From Rhina ancylostomus (Eukaryota): a stretch of DNA of 64,000 nucleotides. The DNA lies in the NCBI GenBank assembly GCA_030265395.1, contig JARFYF010000064.1, forward strand, positions 18,477,262 to 18,541,261, in the 5' to 3' direction. Made by a program: the position numbers and the translations under genes. The notes under the pieces were generated by a model. It searched no databases, was not told the DNA's origin, and saw nothing but the letters and a program-made list of their open reading frames with translations. Within the stretch, counting starts at the first letter, position 1, and every line of letters begins with the position of its first letter. Of this stretch, positions 51,701 through 64,000 are shown piece by piece.

Positions 51701-52013
51701 CTGTCTAAGAGCTTCAAGCTCTTCACCAGCCACTTTTCTCTCTGATGAGGTGTTTTTTAGATGACCCTGTGCCAATTCCAGTTCCGTCTGCAGTTTGTCA
51801 ATCTCTTTATGCACCTGGTCTCTTTCACTCATGACCAGTCGATATTCATTTAGCACTGTATCTCTTTCTTCCTTGTATTTCTCTGCATCCTTCACTGCTT
51901 TCAGCTGTAACGTCTTGTATCTGGTCACCTCAGTTTGTAATCGTTCCATTTCTCGCTGAAGCTCTTTGTTCTGTACTGTTGCTTTACTTAACTCGTGCTG
52001 TATTGAATCATAC
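51701..52013 (-). CDS. DLG5: DLG5 exon, coiled coil (YDSIQHELSKATVQNKELQREME...EELEALRQ)
   Basis: ctaaag|G acceptor, CAG|gtaag donor; 313 nt, phase 2-0. Confidence 0.95.
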
Positions 52014-52359
52014 CTTTAGAAACAATATAAAAATTGGCAATTAATTACAAATAATGCAGATTTGGTGGAAATCTAAATCATTTAGCTATTTCAATTTAAA
52101 TATTTTACATTTATCTCTGCAATACCCAACTTGACACTATTTTATACTATGTGAAGAAAGTAAATGTTGGACAGCTTTGGTGTAACTCAAAGACTTTATA
52201 CATCAATACTTTCATGAACAGGATTCAATTCTCAGTCCTATATTTGGTGTGGCAGATAGACATTACAAATAGCTTTCTAAGAAACAAAAAAAGGGGAGGG
52301 GGGAAATGAGGGTATTAAAAAGGTCCTCAAATTCTGTCTCTTCAAACAACATTCAAATC

Positions 52360-52680
52360 GGAAATGGTTTATTATTGCCACATGTACCAAGATACAGTGA
52401 AAGGCTTGCTTTGCCCACCATTCATACAGATCAATTCATTACACAGTACAAGGAAAAACAATACAGAATGCAGAGTGAAGTGTTACAGCTACAGGGAAAG
52501 TGCAGTACAGGTGGACAATAAGGTGCAAGGTCATAACAAGGTAGATTGTGAGGTCTTATCTTACTAGGGAACTATTCAATAGTCTTGTAACAGTGGGGTA
52601 GAAGCTGTCTTTGAGCCTGGTGGTACATACTTCCAGGCTTTTGTATCTTCTGCCCGATGGGATAGGAGAGAAGAGAGAAT
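52360..52680 (-). mobile_element. Rex1/Babar-like LINE 3' end
   Basis: Reverse complement resembles 29540-29886. Confidence 0.7.
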
Positions 52681-53399
52681 GCAACATAGAAGGTTAATGG
52701 ATGTCTCGCCAGCTTCAGATTTTTCTGGAAATTTCTTTCCCTCACTATTGTCTGTCACTTATTAATCTTACATACCAAAGGCATCAGCAGAGGGCACTGA
52801 AACTCACCAGTCCCACTTAAGCATTTGCCACACATTAAAATTCAAACCTTAATTTTGGTGTAAAATCTACAGTGTTGGATTTGGAGCCACATAATTTAAT
52901 TTTCACTTTTAGAGATTTGCATTATGCTAGCAAATTATGCTGAGGTGCAAGACTTATGGCACCTCACCACTTAAGATCTATGGGAAATGCTAGAATATCT
53001 CTGTTTAATATCATAAGAGATAAAGGGGAAGACACACTGGAAACCTGAAAAAGCTAGCATTTAATAAATTGTATAAATATATTGTGTAGATGGTTGCTTG
53101 ATACTTGGCATAGCCATAATCAGCAGAAGGGCCTGTTTCTCGACATAGAGTTTGTATGAATGACAATAATAACATTTTCAGTAAAGGAAACAGATACATT
53201 TTCCTTCAATGGTTTGTTAGGAATACCACCTGAAAAAGAACACATCCGGACCCAATGCTCCCCCCAATCTGTGATGTCACTTTCCCATCCTAGAAGTCAG
53301 TGTTCCAAAAAATCCTTTACTAAACGTGCCTGAGAAAAAGGTTAGAAGGATTTCTCTTTGTACTATTTATAATAGAGTAACATGTCAGATTTCATGTAG

Positions 53400-55475
53400 A
53401 AGGTATGATTAGTAAGTTTGTGGATGACATTAATATTGATGTTATACATAGGAAGGTTGTCTTAGGACACTACAGGATAAAGATCAGCTGGAGAGTTGGG
53501 CAAAGCAAAGGCATATGGAATTTAATCCTGAAGAGTGCAAGGTGATTCATTTTGGGAAGGACATACTTGATAAATGGCAGGGTCCTAAGGAGTGTTGCTG
53601 AACAGAAAGCGCTTGAGGTAAAAGTCCACTATTGCCTCAAAAGTGGCAATGCAGGCAGATAGGATGGTGAAGAAGTCATATGGTATGTTTGCCTTCAGAA
53701 GTGGGGCCACAGAATAAGAGTTGGAATATTACATTAAAACTTCACAAAATTTTGGTTAGGCCACACTTGGGAGTACTGTTTGTAGTTCTGGTTGCCACAC
53801 TATAAGGATATGGTGCTGGAGAAGGTGCAGAGGCAATTCAGCAGGATGTTGCCTGGATTGGAAGCCTTTAGTTATAAAGAGAGATTGGACAGGCTGGGCT
53901 TGTTTTCCTGGTGCAAAGTAGGCTGATGGGTGACCTGACAGAGGTGGATAAAATTATGAGAAGCAAAAATGAGGGAAGATAATAAGAATCTTTTGTAGAG
54001 GATTTATGCAGAGTCCGCAGCAAGATATAGATATGTTAAGTGAGTGGGCATGGGTCAGATGGAGTACATTGTTGGTAAATGTGAGGTCATCCACTTTGGA
54101 AGGAGAAATAGAAGATCAGATTGTTACTTAAATGGTGAAAGATTGCTGCATGCTGTTGTGCAGAGGGACTTGGGAGTGCTTATGCATGAATCACAAAAGG
54201 TTGGTTTGCAGGTACAACAGGTTATATCAAGAAGGCAAATGGAATGTTGGCCTTTGTTGCTAGATGGATTGAATTTATGAGTAGGGAGGTTATGCAGTTC
54301 TGGTCTCCTTACTTGAGGAGAGATATACTGGCTTTGGAGGTGTTGCAGAAGAGGTTCATCAAGTTGATTCCGGAGATGAGGAGGTTAGCCTATGAGGAGA
54401 GATTGAGTTGTCTGGGACTATACTCTGACTGAGTCGCACTTCAGCTTTGCAGGCAAAGAAACTACAGAAATATAGAACCAAATATACTACAAGTTACTAA
54501 AAGTTCACAGACAAACAGGTGATAATACAAACACATATAAGCAAGCGTAAAGAAAGCTACAACTACAAGGGAAAATGCAATAAAACAACAATCTGAATCC
54601 TAATCCAACACAGGTATGCAGAGAAGATAAGAACGACCTGGTACATGGAGCTGAGTAAATTAGAGGGCTATGGGTAAACAGAGTAATTTTTAGGTTAGGG
54701 ACATGTTTGGCACAGCTTTGTGGGCTGAAGGGCCTGAATTATGCTGTAGTTTTTCTATGTTCTATACTCATTGGAATTCAAAAGAACGAGAGGAGATCTC
54801 ATAGAAACATATAAAATTATGAAAGGGATAGATAAGAGGCAGAAAGGTTGTTTCCACTGGTAAGTGAGACTAGAACAAGGAGACATAGCCTCAAGATTCA
54901 GGGGAGTAGATTTAGGATGGAGATGAGGAGGAATTGCTTTTCCTAGAGAGTAGTGAATCTGTGGAATTCTCTGCCCAGGGAAGTAGTAGAGGCTACCTCA
55001 TTAAGTATATGTAAGACACATTTAGATAAGTTTTTGCATAGTAGGGGAATTAGGGGTTATGAGGAAAAGGCAGGTTGGTGGAACTGAGTCCACAGCCATG
55101 TCAGCCATGATCTTATTGAATGGCAGAGCAGGCTTGATGGGCCAGATAGCCTACTCCTATTTCTTATGTTCTTATGTTTTTCCCTTGGTGTGGGTATCTA
55201 AAATAAGAGAGCATTGGCTTAAGGTGAGAGGAAGGAGCTTCAAAGTTGGTATGAGGGTCTAAAGCAGTTGACATCTAGAATTTTTTTTGCCAAAGGAAGT
55301 GATGCAGACAAGTACAATCACAACATTTAAGAGGCATCTAGACAGGCACTTCAATAGCCAAGGAATAGAAGGATACAGATGCAATATGGACAAATGGGAT
55401 TAGCATAGATAGGTACAATGTTTGGCGTTGATGTGGTGGGCCATCGGGTCCATTTTTGTACTGTACAACTCTATG
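53400..55475 (+). mobile_element. Nested CR1 cluster (outer CR1; inner CR1 53995-55176; innermost insert 54426-54761)
   Basis: Outer ORF2 resumes after the inner element's (ttcttatg)n tail; innermost insert flanked by the ctatactc direct repeat. Confidence 0.85.
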
Positions 55476-55567
55476 AAAGTGACTCAAAGTTTATGTAAAA
55501 CTTTATGACTTCTCAACACAATCTATTTTTGATTCAACACGAGATTCTTAACTGAATAACCCTTCAC

Positions 55568-55839
55568 CTTTTCAGTGTGGATAAATATTGTTGCTGGACA
55601 GATGTTTTCTCCACAACAGCAGCATCTGTTTGCTTCATGAGCATCTCATTCTGTTTCTGAAAACGCCGATTCTCCTCTTCTACCCGCTCCAAACGGCTGA
55701 GGTCAGTGTTATGGTTGGCAACCTTCTCGTTGTACCGTTTTCTCAGTGCATCATAATCTTTCTTTAAGCCTTCTAACTTATCCATGGCAGTATCATATAG
55801 TTTATTTAGAATCTCAGATGAGCCATTTTCCCTCATAAC
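55568..55839 (-). CDS. DLG5: DLG5 exon, coiled coil (VMRENGSSEILNKLYDTAMDKLE...STLKR)
   Basis: ttgcag|GTT acceptor, AAG|gtgaa donor; 272 nt, phase 0-2. Confidence 0.93.
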
Positions 55840-56279
55840 CTGCAAAACAAAAATCAAAGAAAACTAAATCCATTTACTCTGGTCTAAATCTTAAGAGACA
55901 AAACTTGATTTTAAAATATTTACAAGATGGATAACACTGCAATGAATTTGTACTCTATATTCTGCTCCTGATTTGCTACACTACAATGAGTCTCTGCTTC
56001 CTACTTGCTGTATTTCCTGTATATAATTAAAAAGAACAGAATATATTCTTCTTAAAAACTACTGCTGATGTTAGATTTTTTGTTGTGCAGTGAGAAATTA
56101 TATAATGGATATTAGGTCAGTTTTGTATAGTTCTGCTACCTGTATTAAACTTGTTCCCTGGAATGGCAGAGAAAGTAATACTTGTTAAAAATACTCACTC
56201 CTCCTAAATCCCCACTAATATACCTATCAAGATGTCAGTTACTCATCTTTCAGAACTTCACAAACCTATGAATAAGTAC

Positions 56280-56480
56280 AAGGGCAACAGGCACATACAA
56301 TATATCACCTGTATATTACTCTGCCAGTCACACACCATCTTGATTTGAAAACATGTCACTTCTTCATTGTTGCTCGATCTAAATCCTGTAGCTCCCCACC
56401 CAACAGCATTGTGGGAGCACCTTCACCAGAAGAACTGCAGCCATTCAAGGCAGCAGCTCACACTGCCTTCTCAAGGGCAA
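56280..56480 (+). mobile_element. LINE 3' end fragment (CR1/L2 group)
   Basis: cacacaccatcttgatttgaaaa..gaactgcagccattcaaggcagcagctcac..ttctcaagggcaa. Confidence 0.55.
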
Positions 56481-59251
56481 GTAGAGAGGGAAAAGAAAAT
56501 AACTACAGAGGAATGTAGATTTGGAAATTAAATCAGTAAGAAACAAAACTTCAATTTCAGATCAATGCTGCTAAACATAATAAGTTTACATAAAACAAAA
56601 ATAGTATGTAAAAAACCTATCCACATTACCTTTTAATTTATTTATTTTTCTTTTCAGTTAGAGGACTGAAAAAAAAAGGACCTTAACTCTGATCTACACA
56701 GACTGGGAGTATTGCAAATTGAACCTTGGTTGGTGTCAAGTTGTCTGATCTCAACCAAAGCAGAAGTTGAGATGATGTGACAGGCTGCAGTTCTCTGGTT
56801 AAGATGAAGAAAAAAATTGAGGGCAAGTTGCTATTGGCTCTTGTGAAAATTGTGTACCACACATGGATCAGGGATATTTTTTCAAACATTCATTTTAGCA
56901 AAGGTCTAGCAAGTGGGCAAGGATAACCCTGGTAAGTAATTCTTAGCGAATGAGGAGGGATTGCAAGGAAACTGTAACACAAAAGCTCCTTTTAAAAGAA
57001 TTCCTGTAAGAAATAATCCTCAGAGGTTTTGTTTTTGGTCATTGCAAATTGTGCTACAATAGCAGCACACAATGCTACCCAGAAGCAGCTAGCTGTCCAG
57101 GCTTGCTGCTCCCCTACCTGTTATGTCTGGACACAATTGGAGTGGATATCTAGCAGCAATTTCCTTAAAGCAAATGCAAAGATATTTTGTGAGTCCCTGC
57201 ACAGCACAATGCATTGCATAAGCAGCAACACTGACTAGGATCTGTACAAGCCCTGCCCATAGAAATGCACTCATGGATTTAACCAGCTGACAAGCTGCAT
57301 GATGTGAAAATTTCTCTCAGATATTCACAAAAACATACAAAATTATTAATAGTTAATCCCTATTAAAACACACTTAAATTTCCAATATGAACACATTTTA
57401 AAAGATCTAAATACACTTATTTCACTTCAAAAACTGAAACGTGCATCTCTTCCTTTATAGCAGCTCACCTCTGCTGAAATCAATGGAACCACTCAACCTG
57501 TGCCTTTTGAGGAATGTACAGCAGGCAGATTCCTTACAAGAAATGGTCTCAGCTGCTCAACCCTATGAACAGCCCAAAGTAAAGCTGAGTCAGGAAATCA
57601 CCAGCATGCATCTCCCAGAAAGTTCAGGAATTCCAGATTCACACACACTTACACTGGAAACATATGCTCTGATTCTTAGACAGAAAGGTACCAGCAGTTT
57701 AACTTTGAACAGCTAAGCAAACAGACAGTAAATTCGAAATACAATTAGAGACTGCTCCATTATTCAGGACAATTATATATGATTCTCAACTTTAATTCTA
57801 CTTTTGATTGATTTTCTTGCCTTTTGATTCCCCACAAATCAAAAAAATACTACCAATCACTATCTTAAATTTAATTAATAACTGAGCCCTTTGAGATCGA
57901 TAGTTCCAAAGAATCACAATCCATATTTCATTTCTGATCGGCTAGCCCTTTACCCCGAGACTCTCCAACCAGGTGAAACAGACTCTCAGGATTGAGTTTA
58001 ACAATTCCTCTCAAACTTTCAATGACATCATTTGCCATTATTCCAAACTTTAGACAGGTCAATCCAACAGACTCTCTTTATAATGGCAACACTCCCCCAC
58101 CCACCCCTGAGCCTACTAAAAGTTCATTGCATTGCTTTAAGAGCAACCATATCCTTCCTTTGATATAGAATTATTCCTGATATATTTTGCTGCTTAAAAC
58201 TCTGGAAATATAAAAAAATACAGCTGTGTTCTCTGCAATTGATGATAAAAGAACAAGGCTTTACAATGATCTTATAATGGGATATCTGCACTCCAAAGCA
58301 ATTTACCACATTGTTTGAAAAATAACCCACATCCTGCAACATTTCTCTATTTCAAATGAAAGCCACAGAAAGGAGTCTTTTATCCAGTTTTAGCTCTTAG
58401 CATTGACAACCTCACCCTCAGTGTGCATAGGTCTGAAAAGAATCAAAGAATGAGGTGTCATGTTTCAACACCTGGAGTCATGAAAACAGCAGAGCTATCA
58501 CTCTCAAACGAAAAGGAAACCTCTGCACAGTTATCATAATTTGTTACTTATATCAAAAGACCAGAGTGATCACTGTTTGGATTAGTGTTTGGTGATGGTA
58601 ATGTTCCTAATTATACAAAGCCCAGAAACCAGATGAACTGCAGGCAAATGGGATCAATGTAGATGGGGAAAAAGGTTGGCATGGATGTGGTGGACCGAAG
58701 GACCTATTACTATCCTGTACCACTAATAACTCCATACAACTTACTCAAAGAAAAGCTTAAAACTTCCTAAGTGCAGTAGATTTCAAACTTGAGTCTTGAG
58801 ACATTAGCACCAAACTAACCTTTCTGTTTCTCTCTTCTGTTTTTGGGGTGTCTTACATTTCCAATTTCCTATTCGACTGTTGAAAGCAAACTTCTGCAAA
58901 TTGAGGCCTCACCTTTTCTACATTCACAGAAAGCTACTTGCAAACCAGATCCTTACACAAGTTGCAACATAGTTTAAAAGATTCTTCAATTTAAAAAAAA
59001 TTCTCTTGCTGTGAATAGGCTGATCAATGACGTATGACCCAACTTAGCAAGTTTAAAAGATAAACAACAGACAAATCCTGAGCGATATAAAGTAGACAAA
59101 AGTGAGTTTTGGTTGCAGTCACTTGGCAAGAAAGATTTGCATTTACTTAGTGCCTTTCAGAATCTCAGGACCAAAGTGCTTTTCTAGGATATGAAATGTT
59201 TTTGAAATGTACACTTTATTGAAGTGTACCAAATGCAGAAGCAAATGTTGC

Positions 59252-59499
59252 TGTCATGGTTCTGAGTTCTGGCCCTCAATTTGGCTCCATTAATGCCTTG
59301 TTGTCCAGCACATGGATTCCATGNNNNNNNNNNNNNNNNNNNNNNNNNNNNNNNNNNNNNNNNNNNNNNNNNNNNNNNNNNNNNNNNNNNNNNNNNNNNN
59401 NNNNNNNNNNNNNNNNNNNNNNNAGTATCCTGACTCCAGTCTTGTATCAGTGTGCCGCATTTGGGTTCTCTGAGTTTGCTCCGGATCAACATTGTGACA
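59252..59499. mobile_element. LTR element (solo LTR or gap-collapsed), copy 2
   Basis: TGTCA..TGACA termini; 5-bp TSD gttgc. Confidence 0.85.
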
Positions 59500-60874
59500 G
59501 TTGCACAGACTAAAGTCCCCAAAACAGCAATGTAACCATGATAGATAATCTGTTTGAATAATTTTGATTCCATAATAATAATTGGCCAAGGTTCCAGGGT
59601 AAATGGTTCTGCCTTATAACTACTGGCGGCATTGACTTCAAAAATCTGAGCTGATAGTTTGGCGCCGGACTGAAACAAGTTGGGCTGAAGGACAAAATCA
59701 GTTTGCAGATAAATATTTTCATCTCCAAAACCACACAAAAGCCTGCACTTTCTTCAATTGGCATTAGATGGAGCTGCACTCAAATCAGCAGAGCAACCAA
59801 CTACTACAAACCAATGTGCAGCAGACATCAGAAAGGAAATCCAACAGAAGCAGCCAAATGTCAACTTTACCGAGTCAAGCTGAACACTTCTTTAAACAGC
59901 AGATTTAATCAGAAGTGAAGTTCTTGTATTATTTCAAATGGAGCTTTTTAAAGATGTGACTGTATTGTCTGCATGCTCTATCACAGCGTACACCTCAAAA
60001 CTAAACTACTTTAACCACCAAAGCTTATAAATGTATGAAAATATTTTCCATCATTTGAATTTATCTGTATCAGATGCCCACGAGGAATGTTTAGGCACTT
60101 TGGGCCTTTTTGTGGTTACATGTCATAAGTGAAAGAAACTAAATGAGGAGCCTCTGTTCTATAAATCTCAACAGTTGCAAGCTTTCAGTTTTTGTTTTCA
60201 ATTAATGTATTCTAGATATCGTTTGACACTAGACATAATTATCCTTGTTAGTTAGCTGTAATAAAGTGCCAAAATTATTTGGGGTATTGGATAATGACAT
60301 TAAAATTAATTCTTTATTTTTCTGTTAATACATAGCTAACTCTGGTTCTCACTCTAGATATTTGTCCCAAACTTTGTAAGTCTCTTGAAAAGACTGCAAA
60401 ATACCAAGAATAATTGGAAAGCTCTCACTACTTCCACTTCATTTCAATATCAGCTGGAGTACATTCGCAGCCTGAACGCTTAGAAAGGCATTAAAACTTC
60501 CCAATAGCAGTCCAAATGTTCTATTTTATCCTGTCTTGTTCTGCATATGTTTGAAAGTGAGAACACAAATGGAACTTGGAAATAATCAAGTTGTTAGGAC
60601 TTTATTGCAACAAAACAAAATCTTGTAGTATTCAGGGTAAGTATCTTAAACAATTTTTTGTTACAGTTTTCAATGAGAGTTTGATGCTGGGAATAGTACT
60701 TCATTTTGGCTTTGACATATCTCAGAATTAAAATGAAAGATTCACCTAACAGCACTCCAAGAGTGTGCTTTAATCTTCTATCTCAGCAAAGAATTCATTA
60801 TTTTACAAGTGTGGACGTATATTGTTCTCACAAGAGATCTCAGCTTCTCAATGCAGCAACAATTCACTGTTTCA

Positions 60875-61230
60875 GTAAATTGGGGCTCATGAAATGAGAG
60901 GATTAGAGGTAATGCATTGCATACATTGAGGTTTGGTTGATTGACAGAAACAGCAGTTAGAATAAATAGGTCTTTTCCAGAACTGCAAATTGGAACTATG
61001 GTGTCCCAGATGAATCAGTTCTTCAGCCTCAACAATCTGAAACATATACCATGACAAACAAGGGGATCAAGTGTGAAACATCCAAGATTTACTGACAATA
61101 CAAAGCTAGATGGGAGAGGATGTTACGAAGATGAAATGACTAAGGCTGTGAAGGGATAAAGACCAGGTAAGTTGGTAGGCAGAATTATGGCAGGTAGAAT
61201 ATTTGGGAAAAATATGAAATTATCCACTTC
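60875..61230 (+). mobile_element. Degraded CR1 RT fragment
   Basis: Remnants WLIDR.Q, GVP..SVL.P, SK..DNTKL. Confidence 0.6.
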
Positions 61231-62077
61231 AAAATAACCTGTTCACTCTTACCAGTTTTCAGTACTCTTACTATGTTAATTATTGCCAAAGCCACATAGC
61301 CATATTGATATTTTTGCATAACAGCCTTGCATAGTACCGTATCAAATGCCTCCTAGAATATACTACAACCTCTGCCTCTCCCTTGATATTCTGCTGTAAC
61401 CAAATTTGTAAGCCTCAAAAAGCATTTAATTCTTCAAACAGAATTTTTCTCACATAAAATATCAGTTCTCAAGATTATATGAGTTTTCACGTACCTGAAT
61501 AACATGCCCTTGATAATAGTTTCTAGCTTTTTTCCAACAAGCCCTGCTGTCTCTTTCTCTCCTTTCTTAAATAGACTACCCCATTTAATAGTTTCCAATC
61601 TCCTGAGACTGATATTTCTTTACTACCAAATTTAACTGTGGAAGCAGTTTGAATAACCCATATCATCAACTTTATTTTCTCTCTCCACAGACATTGATGG
61701 ACCCACTGAATATTTCTAGCATTATTTCCTTGGGTCAGATTTCCAGCACCAGCACCTTTTAGTATTTGTATAAAACTCACTGTCAAGAATGTGCTAACTA
61801 GCTACGCACCCTCAACTAACATGAAGAACAGTCAGTTATTTGCTGTAACTGTGCATGCAAAGGCTACAACATTGGACTGACTATATTATAACGTTCAAAG
61901 TAACTTATGTGAAATGCTTTGAAATATCTCGTGATCCGATTTAGGATTTTCATTGAAGCAGGTTGATTCACTTTTTAGAAAACTCATTTTCTTAAAATGT
62001 TAAAATTCACCTGCCATTATAAATGTTTGTTAAAAGGTACATATGATCAATTTGTGCTACACAGAACAGCACAGCAC

Positions 62078-62565
62078 CAGGCCCTTTGGCCCACGATGTC
62101 TGTGCTGAACACGATGCCAAATTAAGCTAATTCCTTCTGCCTGCACATGATCCATAGCGCTCCATTCCCTGGATATTTATGTATTTATCTAAAAGCCTCT
62201 TAAACGCCACTACTGTATCTACTTCCATTACAATGCCTGGCAGCACATTGCAGGCACTTACCATTCTGTGTAAAAAAAATCTTGCCCTGCACATCTCCTT
62301 CAAAACTTTCCCCCTCTCACTTTAAATGCATGTCCTCTCATAATTTTATAAACTTCTATTAGGTCTCCCCTCAGGCTCTGATGCTCCACAGAAAACAACC
62401 CAAGTTTGTCCAACCTCTCCTAGAGCTCATATCCTCTAATCCAAACAGCATCCTGGTAAATCTCTTCTGCTCCCTTTCCAAAGCCTCCACATCTTTCCTC
62501 TAATGGAGCAACCAGAATTGCACACAAGAAGTGTGACCTAACCAAAGTTTTATGTAGCAACAACT
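62078..62565 (-). mobile_element. CR1 LINE 3' end
   Basis: Reverse complement of ORF2 end and 3'UTR (ggccctttggcccacgatgtctgtgc). Confidence 0.85.
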
Positions 62566-63289
62566 ATGTCTCAAAAGAGTGAAAAAAAGGCAAAAAGCTA
62601 ACAGATGAACTATACAGCAGGCAATGCCAGGTCTTCTAGGCAAATCCTATAGCAATCACAAAGTAGGAAATTAAAAACACACAATTTCGGTGTCTAATAG
62701 ATGAAAAGGAAAACGTTTACACTTTAAACAGGAAATCTGGCTTTTAGAACACTACATGTTATGTAACAGCCTGCAACTCTTTACATTAAAATGGTTAAAT
62801 AAATTACAGCTGAAAATATTTTAGATATGTTTGATAATAGAGTTCTGTTGTAGAAATAAATCTACATCAGGAAGCAATGAATATTTCTTATAAAAAGAAG
62901 TGTATTTCCAAGTTATCTACTTTGTAACCTGCATTTATTATTGTTTATCTTGAAGTCAACTGACAGGGAAGTGCAACAACTGTTTCACACTTAAGTGACA
63001 AAACTTCTGCACTGTGGGTTTAGGAGCAGCTATAATAGGCTTAGGAGTAACTCTAACAAAAACCAGGATCTGGAAGCTTAATGACAGGAGACTCATTTGT
63101 CCCTTTTAATGACAATGCAATTAATCTCAAGTTAGATTAAAAAATGTATTAGCACTCATAAAACATTATAGAAGCAATCTAATAAACTTTTTGGCTTAAG
63201 AACAGAAAATGCTGGAAATAATCAGCATAACAGGCAGTATTTAATGGGGAGAGAAATCAAACATGATAAAAGGCAAAAAAAGGAGACAA

Positions 63290-64000
63290 AAGCCCAGAGA
63301 ATTAAAGAAAATTCCAAAACCTTGTATTAATATATTAGAAGAAAGATTATAGCTAGGGTAAGAGTAGGTCCCTTCAAGGACCAAAAGGGAAGTTTTTGTG
63401 TGGAGCAAGGGGATATGTGTGGTGTCCTCAATGAATACTTCATTGTAATATTCACTAGGGGGAAGGATGGGGAGGGTAGAGCGTTAGGGGAGGTGAACAC
63501 TGATAGTCCGGAACATGTGCCTATCAGTAAAGGGGAAGTGTTAGAGATACTGGCACACATTAAGGTGGTCAAATCCCCAGGATTTGATGAAATCCATCCT
63601 AGGGTGTTACAGGAAGCAAGGGAGGTGATTGAGGGCTCTGACAGATTTTTGCATCATTTTTAGCCATGGTGAGGTACTGGAAGATTTGAGGGTAGCTAAT
63701 ATTGTTCCCATATTCAAGAAGGATGGTAGAGATGATCCAGGAAACTACAGGCTGGTGAACATTATGTCAGTGGTAGGGAAACTATTGGAAAAAATTTCTT
63801 ATCGAGAAAGGATATATGATCACTTGGAAATGCAGGGACTGATGAATAGAAATCAACATAGCTTTATGCATGAGAAATCCTGCCTATGAGAAGGATACTA
63901 AGAAAATTAATGAAGGCAAGGTAGCAGATGTGGTATGCATGGATTTTAGCAAGGCCTTTGACAAAGTCCTGCATGATAGGCTGGTCAAGGAAGTTAGGGC
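63290..64000 (+). mobile_element. CR1 ORF2 fragment, frameshifted, running off the window
   Basis: KSPGFDEIHPRVL, ANIVPIFKKDGRDDPGNYRLV, MDFSKAFDKV. Confidence 0.93.

Larger units (their letters stand above)
60..55839 (-). other. DLG5: DLG5 gene body, partial (26 exons traced; 5' and 3' ends outside window)
   Basis: Spliced translation follows vertebrate DLG5 colinearly: coiled coil, PDZ1-2, Pro/Ser-rich linker, PDZ3-4, SH3, GUK start. Junctions are GT-AG with compatible phases (one acceptor abuts an N gap). Confidence 0.97.

Noticed and set aside
27490-59499. One giant LTR element bounded by the two LTR copies
   Set aside because: Each copy has its own distinct TSD, and the interval holds ordinary DLG5 exons.
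60875-61650. Opposed CR1 RT fragments as a twin-priming inversion
   Set aside because: Too degraded, no TSD found, and the fragment order does not fit the canonical pattern.
1-64000. CRISPR arrays, tRNA/rRNA genes, operons or prokaryotic defence systems
   Set aside because: Sequence is vertebrate intron/exon DNA; no regular repeat-spacer arrays, and tRNA-like motifs are SINE heads.

Overview
This is vertebrate genomic DNA, not prokaryotic. The repeat content (CR1 LINEs, HE1/V-SINEs, Deu-type SINEs, Penelope-derived fold-backs) points to a cartilaginous fish, probably a ray or shark. The whole window lies inside one minus-strand gene, DLG5 (discs large MAGUK scaffold 5). I traced 26 GT-AG exons with consistent phases from 55839 down to 60. 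They cover the coiled-coil region, PDZ1-4, SH3 and the start of GUK; the gene's 5' and 3' ends are outside the window. Three exons (47931-48161, 24779-24889, 17983-18060) are frame-preserving and absent from the human reference protein as I recall it. The most unusual structures are: (1) a ~96%-identical 318-bp copy of part of the large DLG5 exon inserted into an intronic CR1 3' end, in frame with CR1 ORF2; (2) short TSD-flanked fold-back elements carrying degenerate minimal hammerhead-ribozyme motifs; (3) two same-family TG..CA LTR elements with 5-bp TSDs; (4) a three-level nested CR1 containing a chimeric insert. No new multi-gene system is supported. Coordinates were counted by hand, repeat boundaries are approximate, and family names come from recalled consensus, not searches.
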